Shown here: piece after piece, positions 14,501-27,736 of the stretch
Numbering within the stretch: position 1 is the first letter of the stretch
How the letters are laid out: each line of letters begins with the position of its first letter
Assembly (NCBI GenBank): GCA_951406725.2
Contig: OX597828.1
Location: 20,770,001-20,834,000, forward strand
Reading direction: 5' to 3'
From: Octopus vulgaris
Taxonomy: Eukaryota
DNA: 64,000 nt
Notes under the pieces: model-generated
Told to the model about the DNA's origin: nothing
The model's input: only the letters and a program-made list of their open reading frames with translations
The model's database searches: none
Made by a program: the position numbers and the translations under genes

Positions 14501-15447
14501 TATCTTTTATGACTTCCCCTCCTCCCCACCAAACCCTATATCCCAGGGTTTCCAAGACTGGCTGGGGAAGTGGAGGTAGGGAAGGCGGGAGGAAGAAGGA
14601 AATTACTCTCAGAGCAATGACTTGGTTCCAATGCTTCCTCCAACAGAGTGAACTCTTCTGAGGGAACCCAAAGGGCAGGTGATGGTGGTGGTGGTGGTGG
14701 TGTGGTGGTGGTGGTGATGGTTGAGGTGATGGTGATAGTGCAGGTGCTGATGGTGTCGGTTGTGGTGGTGACAGGAGGGTTGTGGTTGTGGCGAAGATCG
14801 TGGTGCTGCTGCTGCTGGTGATGGTGATGGTTGTGGTGGTGATAGCAGTGGTGGTAGTAGTATTGGTGATGGTGATGGTTGTTGTTGTGGTGGTGGTGGT
14901 TGTAATGGTGATGGTGCTGGTTGTGATGGTGTTGTGGCTGTGGTGGTGGCAGTGGTGGAGGTGGTTGTTGTGATGGTAATGGTGGTGGTGGTGGTGGTGG
15001 TAGTAGTAGTAGCAGTGATGGTGGCAGTGGTTGTAGTGATAGTGGTAGTGATTGCTCAATTAAGTCTTCAGCCACACCTAAATCAAGTGCCATTGTGAAC
15101 ATGCATATGTGTGCGTGTATGCATGTGTAGAAAGATGCATCTGTATGTATGTGTGTGTGTAAGTATGTGTGAATGTGATGTGTGTATATGTATATATGTA
15201 TGTATGTGATACCATACATACATATGTATACAGCAACAGAAAAATAAGCAAAACAAAAAATATTAAGTAAACGAAAATAAAGAAACAAATAAAATAAACT
15301 TGGAAAAAAAAATTAAACCACAAATTTCAGATTGAAATTGATAAGTGAATAATTGGAAATTAAATAACCTAGACGCGGAATGTAAAATATAATTTGCCAC
15401 AAGATACCAAATGACAGAAAGTATATAGAAACGGGTACGTATATATG

Positions 15448-15449
<2 letters not shown>

Positions 15450-15523
<74 letters not shown>

Positions 15524-15563
15524 TATACATACATATATACATATATATACATACATATATATA

Positions 15564-15641
<78 letters not shown>

Positions 15642-15797
15642 CATACATATATATATATATATATATACATATATATATACATATATATACATACATATAT
15701 ATATACATACATATACATACATATATATATACATACATATACATACATATATATATATATACATACATATATATATACATATATATATACATACATA

Positions 15798-15861
<64 letters not shown>

Positions 15862-16172
15862 TATACATACATATATACATATATATACATACATATATAT
15901 ATGCATATATATATACATATATATATACATACATATACATACATATATATATACATATATATATATATATACATATGTATATATATATATATATATACAT
16001 ACATATACATACATATATATATACATACATATACATACATATATATATACATACATATACATACATATATATATACATACATATACATACATATATATAT
16101 ACATACATATACATACATATATATATATACATACATATATATATACATATATATATACATACATATACATAC

Positions 16173-16243
<71 letters not shown>

Positions 16244-16410
16244 CATATATACATACATATATATATATATATACATATATATACATACATACATATATAT
16301 ATATATACATACATATACATACCTACATACATACATACATATATATATCTATATCTATGGTCATAAGTACATATATATAAATATACATATATGATGATAT
16401 ATACATATAC
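15450..16410. repeat. Compound (TA)n/(TACA)n microsatellite; similar fields at 10170-10890, 27260-27750, 35372-36570, 42050-42630, 62260-62910
   Basis: Directly visible; source of the long YI/YT/YV ORFs. Confidence 0.97.
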
Positions 16411-16454
16411 ATTTCTTAATTTGCCAGAAGCAGACACATTTATAGGGATCACAA

Positions 16455-16910
16455 TGAACTCCCTACTGTCTAATATAGGGAACCAAAAACAAACTGCTTA
16501 TTGTTTAGAAAAATGAGTCAAAACAATCTCTGGAATATCTAAAAATAGGGAGGTAAAACAACTACCATACTGTCTAAAAAATAGGGACGAAAACATACTC
16601 CCTACTGTCCTAAATAGGAAGTAAAACAACCTCTCCACTGTCTTACACAGGGGCTAAAACAAACGATCTACTGTCTAAAATAGGGACCAATACAACTGCC
16701 TTATTGTCTAAAATAGGCACAAAAACATTCCCTACTGTCCTAAATAGGGGTGAAAACAAATTCCCCTTCTGTGCAACATAGAGGTCAATACAAACTACCT
16801 TCTGTCTAAAATAGGGACCAAAGCAACGGCCTTACTGTCTAAAATGGGGACAAAAACACACTCCCTACTGTCCTAAATAAGGATAAAAAAAAAAAAACTT
16901 CCCTACTGAA
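16455..16910. repeat. Diverged ~32-bp minisatellite, ~14 copies
   Basis: Unit approximately CTCCCTACTGTCTAAAATAGGGACCAAAACAA. Confidence 0.85.
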
Positions 16911-17174
16911 TTGTAAATGTGGGGCCTACACAAACTTGTAGTTGGAATTCAGAATAGTTACTTGAAGCTCTTAATGTCTCCCTCAACAAACTATCAAGTA
17001 TTTATGAAATGGGAACTAAATGAGCCACCACTCAATGAGTAGGAAGTGAACAGTTTAGATTCTTTGGTAAAAGGGCCTTCTGCTATAATTTCAGTAAAAT
17101 GGCTGCCACTGTTAATAAAAATCCAGAAGCGGACAACAGCTCTGCACATAGTGCTCACCAATATGTATACATAG

Positions 17175-17399
17175 CCATTTAGCATTTAAACCAGCCGTAT
17201 CAGGATCAAATATTCTACCTGTTTGTGTTCAAACCAACCAGATGTGGCCTCTTACACCTACCCTACAACGTTACTCTCAGAATAAGCAATCACTTCGCCA
17301 AAATCTCGAAGCAATGAGATAATGTTCATGCATTAATTTAAAAGCATTGGTGAATAAATAACCATGACATTTGACAGAGTAATCTGATTGCTAAAGGGG
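17175..17399. mobile_element. Diverged MITE, possibly piggyBac-like
   Basis: Imperfect TIRs CCATTTAGCA / TGCTAAAGG. Confidence 0.5.
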
Positions 17400-17600
17400 T
17401 ACACTGCACGACCAAAAGCACAGATGCAAACAAAGAACTCACAAATGCACACACAGATGAAAGCATTAGACATTCTCACATATACCTATGCAAACATGTC
17501 AGACATAAACGCACTCAGACAGACAGTAAGGTGCCTATATGACCAATGACCAATCAGTAGAGAACAACACAGAATATATCCCAAAACCTATATATAAATC

Positions 17601-17993
17601 TCTATATATATATAAAGCTGAAGTTGTCTGTGTATGGCAGGTTTGGTAGCCTTCAACTAACACTATCTCCTCCGAGACCATGAGTAGCAAGTTGACCAAA
17701 ATTGAGAGTATGATAGAAGAAGGCTTGCTTTTCCTTCCGTAGAAGAAAAAATTCAAATCGGACCATGTTAACACCAAAAATTATTTACGTCAAAAAGGTG
17801 CTTTTTTTCTATGAAAATCCCTATTTTTTAATGATTTTTTGACTGCTGTGTCGCCATTTTTCAGTGTATTTCAACCAGAAAAATGTTCACTTAAAGAGAA
17901 TAACAGGCTACATAATACAAAATGTTTACTTTTTAAAAATTCCAATTCTAAAGGGTCAAAACAAACCCGAGCAATGCTAGGCGATACTGCTAG
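17601..17993 (+). mobile_element. Non-autonomous Helitron
   Basis: 5' TCTATATATATATAAAG; 3' imperfect hairpin CCCGAGCAATGCTAGG then CTAG|T. Confidence 0.8.
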
Positions 17994-18045
17994 TATATCT
18001 ATATCTACCTATCTATCTATCTATATATATATATATATATATATA

Positions 18046-19090
18046 TCATCATCATCATCATCATCGTTTAACGTCCGCTTTCCATGCTAGCATGGGTTGG
18101 ACGGTTCAACTGGGGTCTGGGAAGCCCGAAGGCTGCACCAGGCCAGTCAGATGTGGCAGTGTTTCTACAGCTGGATGCCCTTCCTAACGCCAACCACTCC
18201 GAGTGTAGTGGGTGATTTTATGTGCCACCGACACAGGTGCCAGACGAGGCTGGCAGACGGCCACGCTCGGATGGTGTTTTTTATGTGCCACCGACACAGG
18301 TGCCAGACGAGGCTGGCAGACGGCCACGCTCGGATGGTGTTTTCTTATGTGTCACCGACACAGGTGCCAGACGAGGCTGGCGGACGGCCACGCTCGGATG
18401 GTGTTTGTTACGTGCCCTCAGCACGGAGGCCAGTCATTGCGGTACTGGCTACGGTCACGTTCGGATATGTATCCACAAGGATACAAATTCCATTGATGTT
18501 CATCTATTTTGATTTGGTTCGATTTGATTCGATACGATTCGATTCTCACTTGCCTCAACAGGTCTTCACAAGTGTCACAAGAAGGAAGGTATGCACAGGT
18601 GGACTGACTACGTCCCAGGTAGGGGCCACGGATTATGGCTTCACTAGTCTTGCCGGGTCTTCTCACGCACAGCATACTTCCATAGGTCTCGGTCTCTAGT
18701 CATTTCCATGGTGAGACCTAACGTCCGAAGGTCGTGCTTCACCACCTCGTCCCAGGTTTTCCTGGGTCTACCTCTTCCACGGGTTCCCTCAACTGCTAGG
18801 GATTGGCACTTTCTCACACACCTATCTTCATCCATTCTCGCCACATGACCATACCAGCGCAATCGTCTCTCTTGCACACAACAACTGATTGCTTCTTAGG
18901 TACAACATTTCTCTCAAGGTACTAACGCTCTGTCGAGTAAGTACACTGACATTACACATCCATCGGAGCATACTGGCTTCGTTCCTCACGAGCTTACGCA
19001 TGTCCTCAGCAGTCACGGCCCATGTTTCACTGCCATGTAGCATAGCTGTTCGTACACATGCATCATACAGTCTGCCTTTTACTCTGAGCG
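18046..19090 (-). mobile_element. 5'-truncated RTE-clade LINE: C-terminus of the RT ORF (frameshifted near 18885), 3' UTR with three ~60-bp repeats, (GAT)n tail
   Basis: KGRLYDACVRTAMLHGSETW..RRLRWYGHVARM..RGRGRPRKTW are RTE C-terminal motifs. Confidence 0.92.
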
Positions 19091-19149
19091 AATATATATA
19101 TATATATATATATAACAAAGTAAAGTTGTAAGGTACCACACAAGTGAAA

Positions 19150-19585
19150 ATATATATGAAAGAAGGTTTGAAAAAACAATGGACTTTTAAAAATGTTTAT
19201 TGACTTGACCGGTTTCACTTTTTTAGAAAAAAAATTGTCAAAAGTAAGATGTAAAGCTTTGTATGAGATTTGTTGTGTTACGTACTGGTTATCACAAAAG
19301 TATTAAAATACATATATACATTCTTTGATAATAATAAAAAAAATTTTAAAAACAGTATACAAGAAAGTACTTATTGTAGTCTTGTCCTCGAATACTTTCT
19401 TGTAAACTGCTTTTAAAGAAGGTGTAACTGTATTTTAATACTTTTGTACTAACCTGTATTTAACACAACAACTCTCATACAAAGCTTTACATTTTACTTT
19501 TGACAATCTTTTTCTAAAAAAGTGAAACCAGTCAAGTCAATAAACATTTCTAAACGTCCATTGCCTTTTCAAACCTTCTTTCATA
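19150..19585. repeat. Foldback element with ~200-bp inverted arms; a single-arm copy lies at 34020-34290
   Basis: Left arm is the reverse complement of the right arm; each carries a hammerhead-like motif. Confidence 0.85.
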
Positions 19586-19599
19586 CACACACATATATA

Positions 19600-19649
<50 letters not shown>

Positions 19650-19925
19650 CTTTGATTATCTAACCCTTGTCGTTCTATGTTACTATTAGTTTCAAAATTT
19701 CCCACACAAGAATTGACATCTCACTGACAGTAATCTTCAACTAAATAAGGGATTTAAATTTTAAAAATTAAGTACTTCTTCAGTTTTTAAATCAGCTCTT
19801 ACATTCATTGAATTGAGCACTTTTCCTTGTGGTACATGCAACTTGCTTGTTCCTTTTACAAGTGTAAATTCCCCAATTTTCCAACCACTCTGCACAAGAC
19901 TAATACAAAGAGAGGTTCTGTTTAA

Positions 19926-21101
<1,176 letters not shown>

Positions 21102-21220
21102 TTGAAAGGTAAAAAAATTATATGAGCGTTTGCATGTGTATGCATTGTGTGTGTGTATATATATGTAGATATATATATGCATGCATGTGTGTGTTTATGT
21201 ATGTGTGTGTATATACATAT

Positions 21221-21265
<45 letters not shown>

Positions 21266-21274
21266 TATATATAT

Positions 21275-21305
<31 letters not shown>

Positions 21306-21522
21306 CATGCACACACAAATAGTCATACATGTTTGCACATAATGCGTGTGTATGTGTGTGTAAATATATCTATATACATACTATATACATACACCTGATG
21401 TGCAAGTATATGAAGAATATACAGATAAATATATATACACACATATATATATATATATATAATATAATATATATATATAAACAGATGTATATGTATATAT
21501 GTACATAATGTGCACATGTATG

Positions 21523-21564
<42 letters not shown>

Positions 21565-21806
21565 TATACATACATATATATATATATATGCATGGGTGTA
21601 TGTTTGTGTGCATGTGTCACACTTGCAGGTGCTCAGACATTCAGTGCATACTGTCACACATTAGCCAGCCACATTTAGAAAACCAGTGGGGTCGGGCATG
21701 GGCCAAACAATTGGAAATTATGGCGGTGGTGGCAATGGTGGTGGTAGTGGTATGAGAAGGAAGTACATGTATGAGGTGCAGCCTTTCTTTGTATAGAATA
21801 GCTTAC

Positions 21807-21878
21807 CAGCCCTCATCCTGGAGGGACTCTTCAGAGGACTGCCTTGTGCCTGGTCACCAAAACCCTGGTCTCCTGCGG
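21807..21878 (-). CDS. EndoA: Probable alternative cassette exon of endophilin A (72 nt, phase 1-1): AAGDQGFGDQAQGSPLKSPSRMRA
   Basis: cccctctcttaaacag acceptor, CTG|gtaagc donor, frame-preserving, shares FGD..SPxxSPxRMR with the exon at 25122-25199. Confidence 0.75.
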
Positions 21879-22468
21879 CTGTTTAAGAGAGGGGCCGCAC
21901 CAGCGGAAAATGCATTATCATCATCATCATCATCATTATTATAACAGACAGAGACAGGAAAGAGAGTAAAAGGAAAGGAACAGGAAAAAGGAAACAAAAA
22001 GCGAGAAAGACAGACAGACAAAAGTAGAGGAAGGAAGGAAAAGCAAGAAAAAAGGAGAAAGAAAGAAAGAAGGAAAGAAACAGGGTGAATGAAGGAAAAA
22101 AGGAGAAAGAAAGAAAAGGAAGGAAGGAAGAAAGAAAGAGAGAGAAGGAAAGGAGGAAAGAAAAGCAGGAAGGCACACAACAATGAAGAAAGCAAGGAAG
22201 AGAGAAAGAGTGAAAGACAGAATTAAATGAAAGCATAAAAGGAAGAAAGAATGAATGAATGAGAGAGAGAGAAACTGACCTGTGTGTGTGTGTGTGTGTG
22301 TATGTCAACGACAGTATGTATACATCTATGTATGTGTATATGAATGGATAGCTGGGTGTGTGTATATGTGTGTGAGTGCGTGTGTGCTTGAATTGTATAT
22401 ATATTTATTTTTTACATGTGCAATATGTGAGGGTGTGCCAATGCAGGTGGGTGTGAAGGTGTGTGTGA

Positions 22469-22507
<39 letters not shown>

Positions 22508-23959
22508 TAAGTACATATATATATATATATGTGTGTGTGTATGCAAGTGTGTACATAAACACACCTTTGCCAGGTATGTTTGTGATTTTGCAAGTGATGA
22601 ATAACATTAATTTACTCGAAAGTGGAGGCAGGTGGAAAGAAATATAAGGTTGTAATAATCAAAAACAGTAATTAATGTAATGTATTAACTACTACACTAC
22701 ACATAAAATTTACAGGTGTAACATGTATAATCAGGCCATACCAAGGTTTCACATGGAAAACTCAACGGTATGACACTGATATTTATAGATGGCAATTAAG
22801 ATGCTGATAAGAAACACAATATGGATTTAATCCTCAAATTTCCTACACACATATATACATAGTTATACATGTACATATGTATTTTGGTATACGCATACAA
22901 ACATATATGTACACATACATACAAAATATATTTACATATATTAACAAATACATGTAGATACAGTCACAAAAATTACAAGAAAATACGTGTACAAAGTACA
23001 AGTATACGTAGCCAGACAGATACATACACACAAAAAAAATACATGTACATATAAACATACAAATATAATAGATACCAACATGAATATATAGATATATGCA
23101 CATATGCACAGATATGGATACATATATACATATATACATATATACATAATTATATGCAGAAGAAAAATTTAGAAAAGAAACAACAGAGAAGATAAAATGT
23201 GACCCATTAAAATCATATTGGTATGCAATATATATATTTATGTGCATTTAAGAGTATGTATATGTATATATACTACTTTCTCAGTTATACAACTAAAGCC
23301 TCTAATTACATGACTGAAAGTTGTCAGGGTCTCCTTGGTGTTGTGATTTTCAAGATTCTCCAGCAATAAGAAGACTTGTGGGTCAATTCCTGCAGGAAAT
23401 TTTCATCTACTTTCTTTTCCATCTAAAGGGTATTTTTATCTGATATTATGAGCTATTATTTAGCACTTCATTTCAGTAGAATCTCACAAAGTCTAATACT
23501 TTAATTTCTCAGAGCTTCAAATGAATCCAAATGTGTGTGTGTGGATGGAGAGGAGGAGTGCGACGTCCACTTCCCAACCACGGGGTTTCAAGTTGTAGCA
23601 CCTTGGGCAAATGTCATCTAGGCAGAAGCCCCAGACTGACCACAGCTTGGGGAGCAGGTTTGGTAGACAGAAACTGTCTTATATGTATGTATGTGTGTGT
23701 GAGTGCATGCACATGTTTGTGTGTATGTGTTTGTCTTCTTGCATTGACATTGTATGATAGTTGTAAGCGAGCATCATCATCATCATCATACAAGTGGTAC
23801 CAATCATTCCAAATCTTCCATGGAAACACTCCAAGCTAAGTGGGAACATTCACTGGCTTGGAAACAGGTGGTGGATCACTGAGGTACGGAAGAACCTGCC
23901 TTGCCTAATCCTTTCACAGCTGTATAAGAACGGAAAAATGTACATTGACCATCCTGGTC

Positions 23960-24140
23960 CTGCATTAGTTGTGTTCAGATGACCTGCTCAAAAACAGCCA
24001 TTCTTTGATAACCATAGCAGTAGATCACTGGCCAGCTCTTGTTAAACCCACTGGTAATGTCCCACGTAGCGTAAGTACCTTTGCCTTATGATGTTGGGAA
24101 CAGGCAGGAAATCTCCATACAGCCGTTTCTTGATTCCATA
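23960..24140 (-). mobile_element. Decayed non-LTR retrotransposon RT C-terminal remnant
   Basis: LYGDFLPVPNIIRQRYLRYVGH..*QELASDLLLW resembles IRERRLRFAGH..DLLLW motifs. Confidence 0.65.
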
Positions 24141-24348
24141 CAGTTGTTTAAGGATGAGGAAAAACTGAAGGCTACTAGGGGAGATATATATATATTTTTT
24201 TTTATCTAGTTTCATCTCATGAGCTGAGGCCATGCTGGGGCACCGCCATTGAAAAAGTGTGTAAGACAGTGCCAGTGGTTTCAAGGTAGGAAATCTTCGA
24301 TGAGAGTTCAGAGTGAGCGAAGTAACCACGCGGCTAAGCCAACATTAT

Positions 24349-24654
24349 TTACATTATTGTATTATTTACATTTGATGAATATTTGTCCTCATTCTTGTTT
24401 GTTGTTACAACAACGTTTCGGCTGATAGGCAGTGACCTGAATAATAATGATAATAATAATAATATTAATAATATTAATAACATTGAAAAATACCTTGGTA
24501 ATGAGAACCCAGGTTCGAAATTTCCCCCAAGACACCTGATGAAGGCTGGAGGGTGTCTCAGCCGAAACATTGTGTTAACAACTAACAAGATGAGGACAAA
24601 TATCCATCAAATGTAAATAATGTACATAATTCTTCATCTCTTAAATATAGAACT
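24349..24654 (+). mobile_element. Family F copy, 5'-truncated, preceded by an inverted copy of its own 3' tail
   Basis: 24349-24426 is the reverse complement of about 24556-24628; hammerhead motif at 24531-24576. Confidence 0.75.
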
Positions 24655-25121
24655 ATATTAGTGGAGATATGTTATCCACTACCACAACACAAGGAAACAT
24701 TGTCAGTGATCAGTCTCAGTACTGCGTGGTTTGTCCAGTAGGTCCAAGACATTGTCAAATATGACTCCCAATGAATTGTCAAAGGCCATCAATGCACAGC
24801 TCATGTAACTGAAAACAAATTCGTTAAAATGCCAGACCCTTTTTGTGACTTTTGGCCTGTTTTATGGGATGAGTTCTCCAAGATGTGTTTAAGACTGCTT
24901 TTAACATTCAAGTGTAAGGAGGGGAATAAAACAACAAATACATCTAGTTATCTACAAACAACTACATCTATTTGGAGGTTAAGTGAAGGTGCACTCAGCC
25001 AAATGAGATCAGAATGGGAAACATATAATGGGTTTTGTTGGGTTTTTTTTTCCGCCCCCAGTGGTTGGGGGGGAGAGTGCAATTCTGCAGTGCTTTTTGC
25101 AGTGCTTTTGCAGGATCTTAC

Positions 25122-25199
25122 CAGGCCTCATTCGTGTGGGACTTCGCGATGGGCTACTGGTGGCGGACGAAAAATCTCCGAAATCACCGATACCGTCGA
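25122..25199 (-). CDS. EndoA: Probable alternative cassette exon of endophilin A (78 nt, or 84 nt from an AG giving a start at 25205; phase 1-1): VDGIGDFGDFSSATSSPSRSPTRMRP
   Basis: GC/CpG-rich island in AT-rich intron; CTG|gtaaga donor; length divisible by 3 in the required phase; peptide similar to the exon at 21807-21878. Confidence 0.75.
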
Positions 25200-25454
25200 C
25201 TACAACTGGTGTCACAATGTGACAGGAAGAAAATAAAACAAACATGTTCATGAATATGATTACATAACCAATTCAATGTCCATAAGTCAGTGGGGGGGGT
25301 GAAAAACACATAGGCTCTATCTGAACAATAGAGCAGTTACATATTTTATATATATATATCAGTTGGTCAGTATGTTACTGGTTATGACGAATAACAGGTT
25401 AAAATGTTACCATCAGTTTCACATGGACTATTACACTTGGCAATATTCTTTTCT

Positions 25455-26073
25455 TTTCTAGATACAGAGCTCCAAATTTTTAGGAATGGGGCCAGTCGAT
25501 TAGATTGACTTTAGTACTTGACTGGTACTTAATTTCTCAACCCCAAAAGGATGAAAGTCAAAGTCCCTCGGCGGAATCTGAACTCAGAACATAAAGACAG
25601 ACGAAATACCTATTTCTTTATTACCCACAAGGGGCTAAACATAGAGGGGACAAACAAGGACAGACATAGGTATTAAGTCGATTACATCGACTCCCAGTGC
25701 GTAACTGGTACTTAATTTATCGACCCCGAAAGGATGAAAGGTAAAGTCGAACTCGGCGGAATTTGAACTCACAACGTAACGGCAGACGAAATACTGCTAA
25801 GCATTTCGCCAGTCTTTCTAAAATTTCTGTCAACTCGCTGCCTTACACTTGGCAATATTCCTTCCTACTCTAGGCAGCAGGGCCTGAAATTTTGGGGAAG
25901 GAGGCCAGTCGATTAAATCGACCCCAGTATGCAACTGGTACTTAATTTATCGATCCCGAAAGGACGAAAGGCAAAGTCAACTTCGGCGGAATTTGAACTC
26001 AGAACGTAAAGATAGAGGAAATACTGCTAAGCATTTCGCCCGCCGTCATAACGATTCTGCCAGCTCACCGCCT
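25455..26073 (-). mobile_element. Family B SINE cluster with a triplicated target site
   Basis: TTACACTTGGCAATATT at 25431, 25843 and 26073. Confidence 0.88.
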
Positions 26074-26215
26074 TACACTTGGCAATATTGAAGATTAGCT
26101 GCTCATAAATATTACCAAGTACAAAAATCCATGTAAAACCGTCGGTAACGTTTTGACCAGTGATATGTCATAACCAGTAAATGCACTGCTCACAGATATA
26201 TAAAACCAACACACA

Positions 26216-26260
<45 letters not shown>

Positions 26261-26516
26261 ACCCCTACACACACTGATATTTGTATTTACTTATAGTCTG
26301 TACTTATTTATGCTTTGTTTTACACTAGTGTGAAAATTTTCTCTATAGAGCAAACTTATTTTACTTTATGAATATGTAGAGCCTAAAGTACGTGTGTGTG
26401 ATTATATGCTTGTGTGTGTACATGTGAATATACGTAGGTGCGCCATGTTGATTCGCTAGCTTCTGCACGCATTTTTTTTTCTCTCCTTGTTTCTTTCCGT
26501 GTTTCTTTTCTGTGTA

Positions 26517-26554
26517 TCTTTCTGTTGAAGAGCGTAGGCTCGAAACGTAAAAGA
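26517..26554 (+). ncRNA. Minimal hammerhead motif (A6U core variant) in a dispersed Penelope-like repeat
   Basis: TCTTT-CTGTTGA-A-GAGC(gtag)GCTC-GAAACGTA^AAAGA; related copies near 31640, 33860, 42700 (+) and 41290 (-). Confidence 0.7.
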
Positions 26555-27276
26555 CTTGTTTTATTTATATTCCTGAGCACCATACTAATACAATTGTTTG
26601 TTTGTATTTCACTTGCCTTCGTCTTTTGTTTATTTTCATAAAGCTTCCCGTTATATTTATGTAAGTATATGTCTACATACACGTATGGTTACTTTGTATC
26701 AATGTGTGCATGCAGATATGTGTATATCTACGAGTGCATGTGTGTTAATGTATATATATATATATATATATATGTTAGAAGGATAAAATGATTGATAGTG
26801 AAAGAATTATCTCCCTTGGATACTATGTCATGAACAAGCACCAAACTGTAGAAGATTGACAAAGATTTCCTGATATACATAGATGTGTGTGTGTGTGTGC
26901 ATGTGTGTACGCGCGCATGTGTATGTGTGCGCATATATAGGCTAACAATTATATACGTACATTTTCATGTACTTATAATATACACACATATACATATATA
27001 GACATGTGTGTGTGTGTGTGTGTGTAGACATATGCATACATGCACATATTCATACATATACATATACAAATGCACAAATATACATATACACACACAAACT
27101 ATATATATTTGTACACACACACATATATGTACGCATACATATATACATACACATATAAACACATATACATATATATACACACATATACTCATAAACATAT
27201 TTATATAAATATACACACACACAACTGTACATACATACATATTACACACACACATATATACAAATATATGTATATA

Positions 27277-27307
<31 letters not shown>

Positions 27308-27314
27308 GTATATA

Positions 27315-27599
<285 letters not shown>

Positions 27600-27643
27600 C
27601 ATATATATTATATATACATACATATATATTATATATACATACA

Positions 27644-27736
<93 letters not shown>

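Larger units (their letters stand above)
11180..15050. repeat. Three degenerate (GGT/GAT)n low-complexity fields (11180-11600, 13400-13755, 14680-15050)
   Basis: Directly visible trinucleotide-derived sequence. Confidence 0.85.

Noticed and set aside
15263-16452. Long ORFs rich in Y/I/M/V/C/H (also near 27000, 35200, 42000, 62300)
   Set aside because: Translations of (TA)n/(TACA)n microsatellites, which lack stop codons
16994-17108. GSHFTEIIAEGPFTKESKL resembles the expected next endophilin exon
   Set aside because: The adjacent AG puts it in phase 2 rather than phase 1, similarity fades quickly and no donor follows
18212-18420. Three ~60-bp direct repeats
   Set aside because: Part of the RTE 3' UTR, present identically in the second copy; not an independent array
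23309-23388. Acceptor followed by GIDPQVFLLLENLENHNTKETLTTFSH on the gene strand
   Set aside because: The best donor (gtaatt) is phase 0 and would break the frame; no homology support
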